Of a DNA stretch of 20,000 bases, positions 19,201 through 20,000 are shown piece by piece. The position numbers were made by a program, and so were the translations under genes. The notes under the pieces are model-generated. The model was not told where the DNA came from. It saw only the letters and a list, made by a program, of their open reading frames with translations, and did not search any database. The stretch lies in assembly GCA_012862495.1 (NCBI GenBank), contig BLSG01000215.1, positions 86,880 through 106,879 of the forward strand. Direction: 5' to 3'. Source of the DNA: Thraustochytrium aureum (taxonomy: Eukaryota). Each line of letters begins with the position of its first letter. Positions within the stretch are counted from its first letter, which is position 1.

Positions 19201-20000
19201 GTCCACTTTGCCTTCAAGCACCCGGTTGTTCTGGGCGACGTTGTCGAGCCGATCCCGCGGCAGCCAACGAGTTTCGGATTGTCGCCTGCGTTTCAGTACG
19301 CGTCGATGCCGTGCGACCTCACGGTGGAAACCAGAGCGCGGCGAGATCTGCTCATCGAGGTTGCCAAGGTGCTTGGTTCTGTCCAGCCGGACATGAGCAT
19401 GATTGCCGCGGTGGACTCTGAGCCCGCGAGTGGGCGGCAGGGCGGGAGTCTTGCGCTGCTTGACCTGTTTACGCAGGACGAGGATCGAGCTGAGGCAGTT
19501 GCTTGCGGCGAGTTGTCGGGCAAGTCTGAGCTGGACGCGATTCAGGCAGACAACCGGGCGCTCAACCTTTTGGTAGGAGGATTTTTCAACATCCAGCTCG
19601 GCGAAGACCGGTCCAGAGAGGGGCTCGACAAAGCGTCGCGATACATGCACTGGAGCGAGTACGTCTCAGAGGGAACCGAGGCCGGCACGGTGCTCCGAGT
19701 CGCTTCGAACAAATCGGGTTGCGTGCGGGGAGAGAAGCTCGCGGTCTCGCACGTGCAAGTCCCTGTCGCCAGCACACACCCCAGCGCCGCGGATGCACTC
19801 GCCGCAAGCGCTGCATCGGCAGGCGCTGGAGCAACTGGTAGCGCGCAAGGACCCTCGCAAGGGGCGGTTCGGGGCAGCCGCCAGGCTTTGGTCGCTTGGA
19901 CTCGATAGCCTCCTCCTCCTCGTCGTTGGACTCATCCGTCGCGCTATCGGGACCCACAAGCGATGGTGCAGCTACGTCGCACATGTTGTGCACGAAGCGC
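10234..20000 (+). CDS. SZT2: SZT2-like protein (KICSTOR scaffold subunit), more than 3200 aa and 3'-truncated by the window edge. It is split in this assembly by at least five single-base frameshifts and two N gaps. The start is uncertain (10076, 10234 or 10244).
   Basis: Blocks resembling animal SZT2 occur in the expected order across consecutive ORFs: STRVCFVYRRYHVAFVLDMSES; LISLLSEAIAALQ...LLAITDGVVAVP; LPDVSNMLMCAAATGG; VLNCRLAEGFAIKQV; LSRWQRWFHVDSYDLVF (13153 ORF); LVRARLAETF (13392 ORF); RVNQMILLHQLHESRLASRLLI (16325 ORF); GRLGCPC...LHPFLVSNRRNTFVYRD...IFYLKLKE (17647 ORF). The segments join end to end by single frame changes. Confidence 0.85.
12683..12724 (+). repeat. (GGC/GGT)14 trinucleotide repeat encoding poly-Gly inside the SZT2-like gene
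   Basis: 14 consecutive Gly codons read directly. Confidence 0.95.
14273..14417. other. Assembly gap (145 N) inside the SZT2-like gene
   Basis: Run of N. The coding frame differs on the two sides, so the length is probably an estimate. Confidence 0.99.
15757..15809 (+). repeat. Compound (GAC)n(GAG)n(GAA)n microsatellite encoding a poly-Asp/Glu tract
   Basis: gacgacgacgacgacgac-ga-gacgaggaggaggaggaggaggaagaagaagac. One unit is a base short, which causes the frameshift. Confidence 0.9.
16095..16256. other. Assembly gap (162 N) inside the SZT2-like gene
   Basis: Run of N. Confidence 0.99.

Noticed and set aside
10025..19908. Five or six separate hypothetical genes, or a decayed pseudogene
   Set aside because: The segments are collinear with one SZT2-like protein. 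They show no in-frame nonsense codons once repaired, and the same break type affects unrelated genes nearby.

Overview
GC-rich, gene-dense, apparently intron-free eukaryotic (protist-like) genomic scaffold with four N gaps (1835-2298, 6264-6729, 14273-14417, 16095-16256). It carries six protein-coding genes. These are the 3' part of DNA polymerase zeta REV3 (+), a eukaryotic MscS-like mechanosensitive channel (-), an atypical long-insert nucleoside diphosphate kinase with a presequence-like N-terminus (-), a FrnE/DsbA-family CPWC oxidoreductase (-), a BTB-BACK protein with an inserted SAM-like segment (-), and a very large SZT2 (KICSTOR)-like gene (+) that runs off the right end. Seven reading-frame breaks in three genes all need one extra base to repair, most likely consensus sequencing errors. 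I found no RNA genes, mobile elements, CRISPR arrays or clear new multi-gene system. The most interesting observations are unusual protein architectures and the frameshift pattern. All family assignments come from motif recognition by eye, not database searches.
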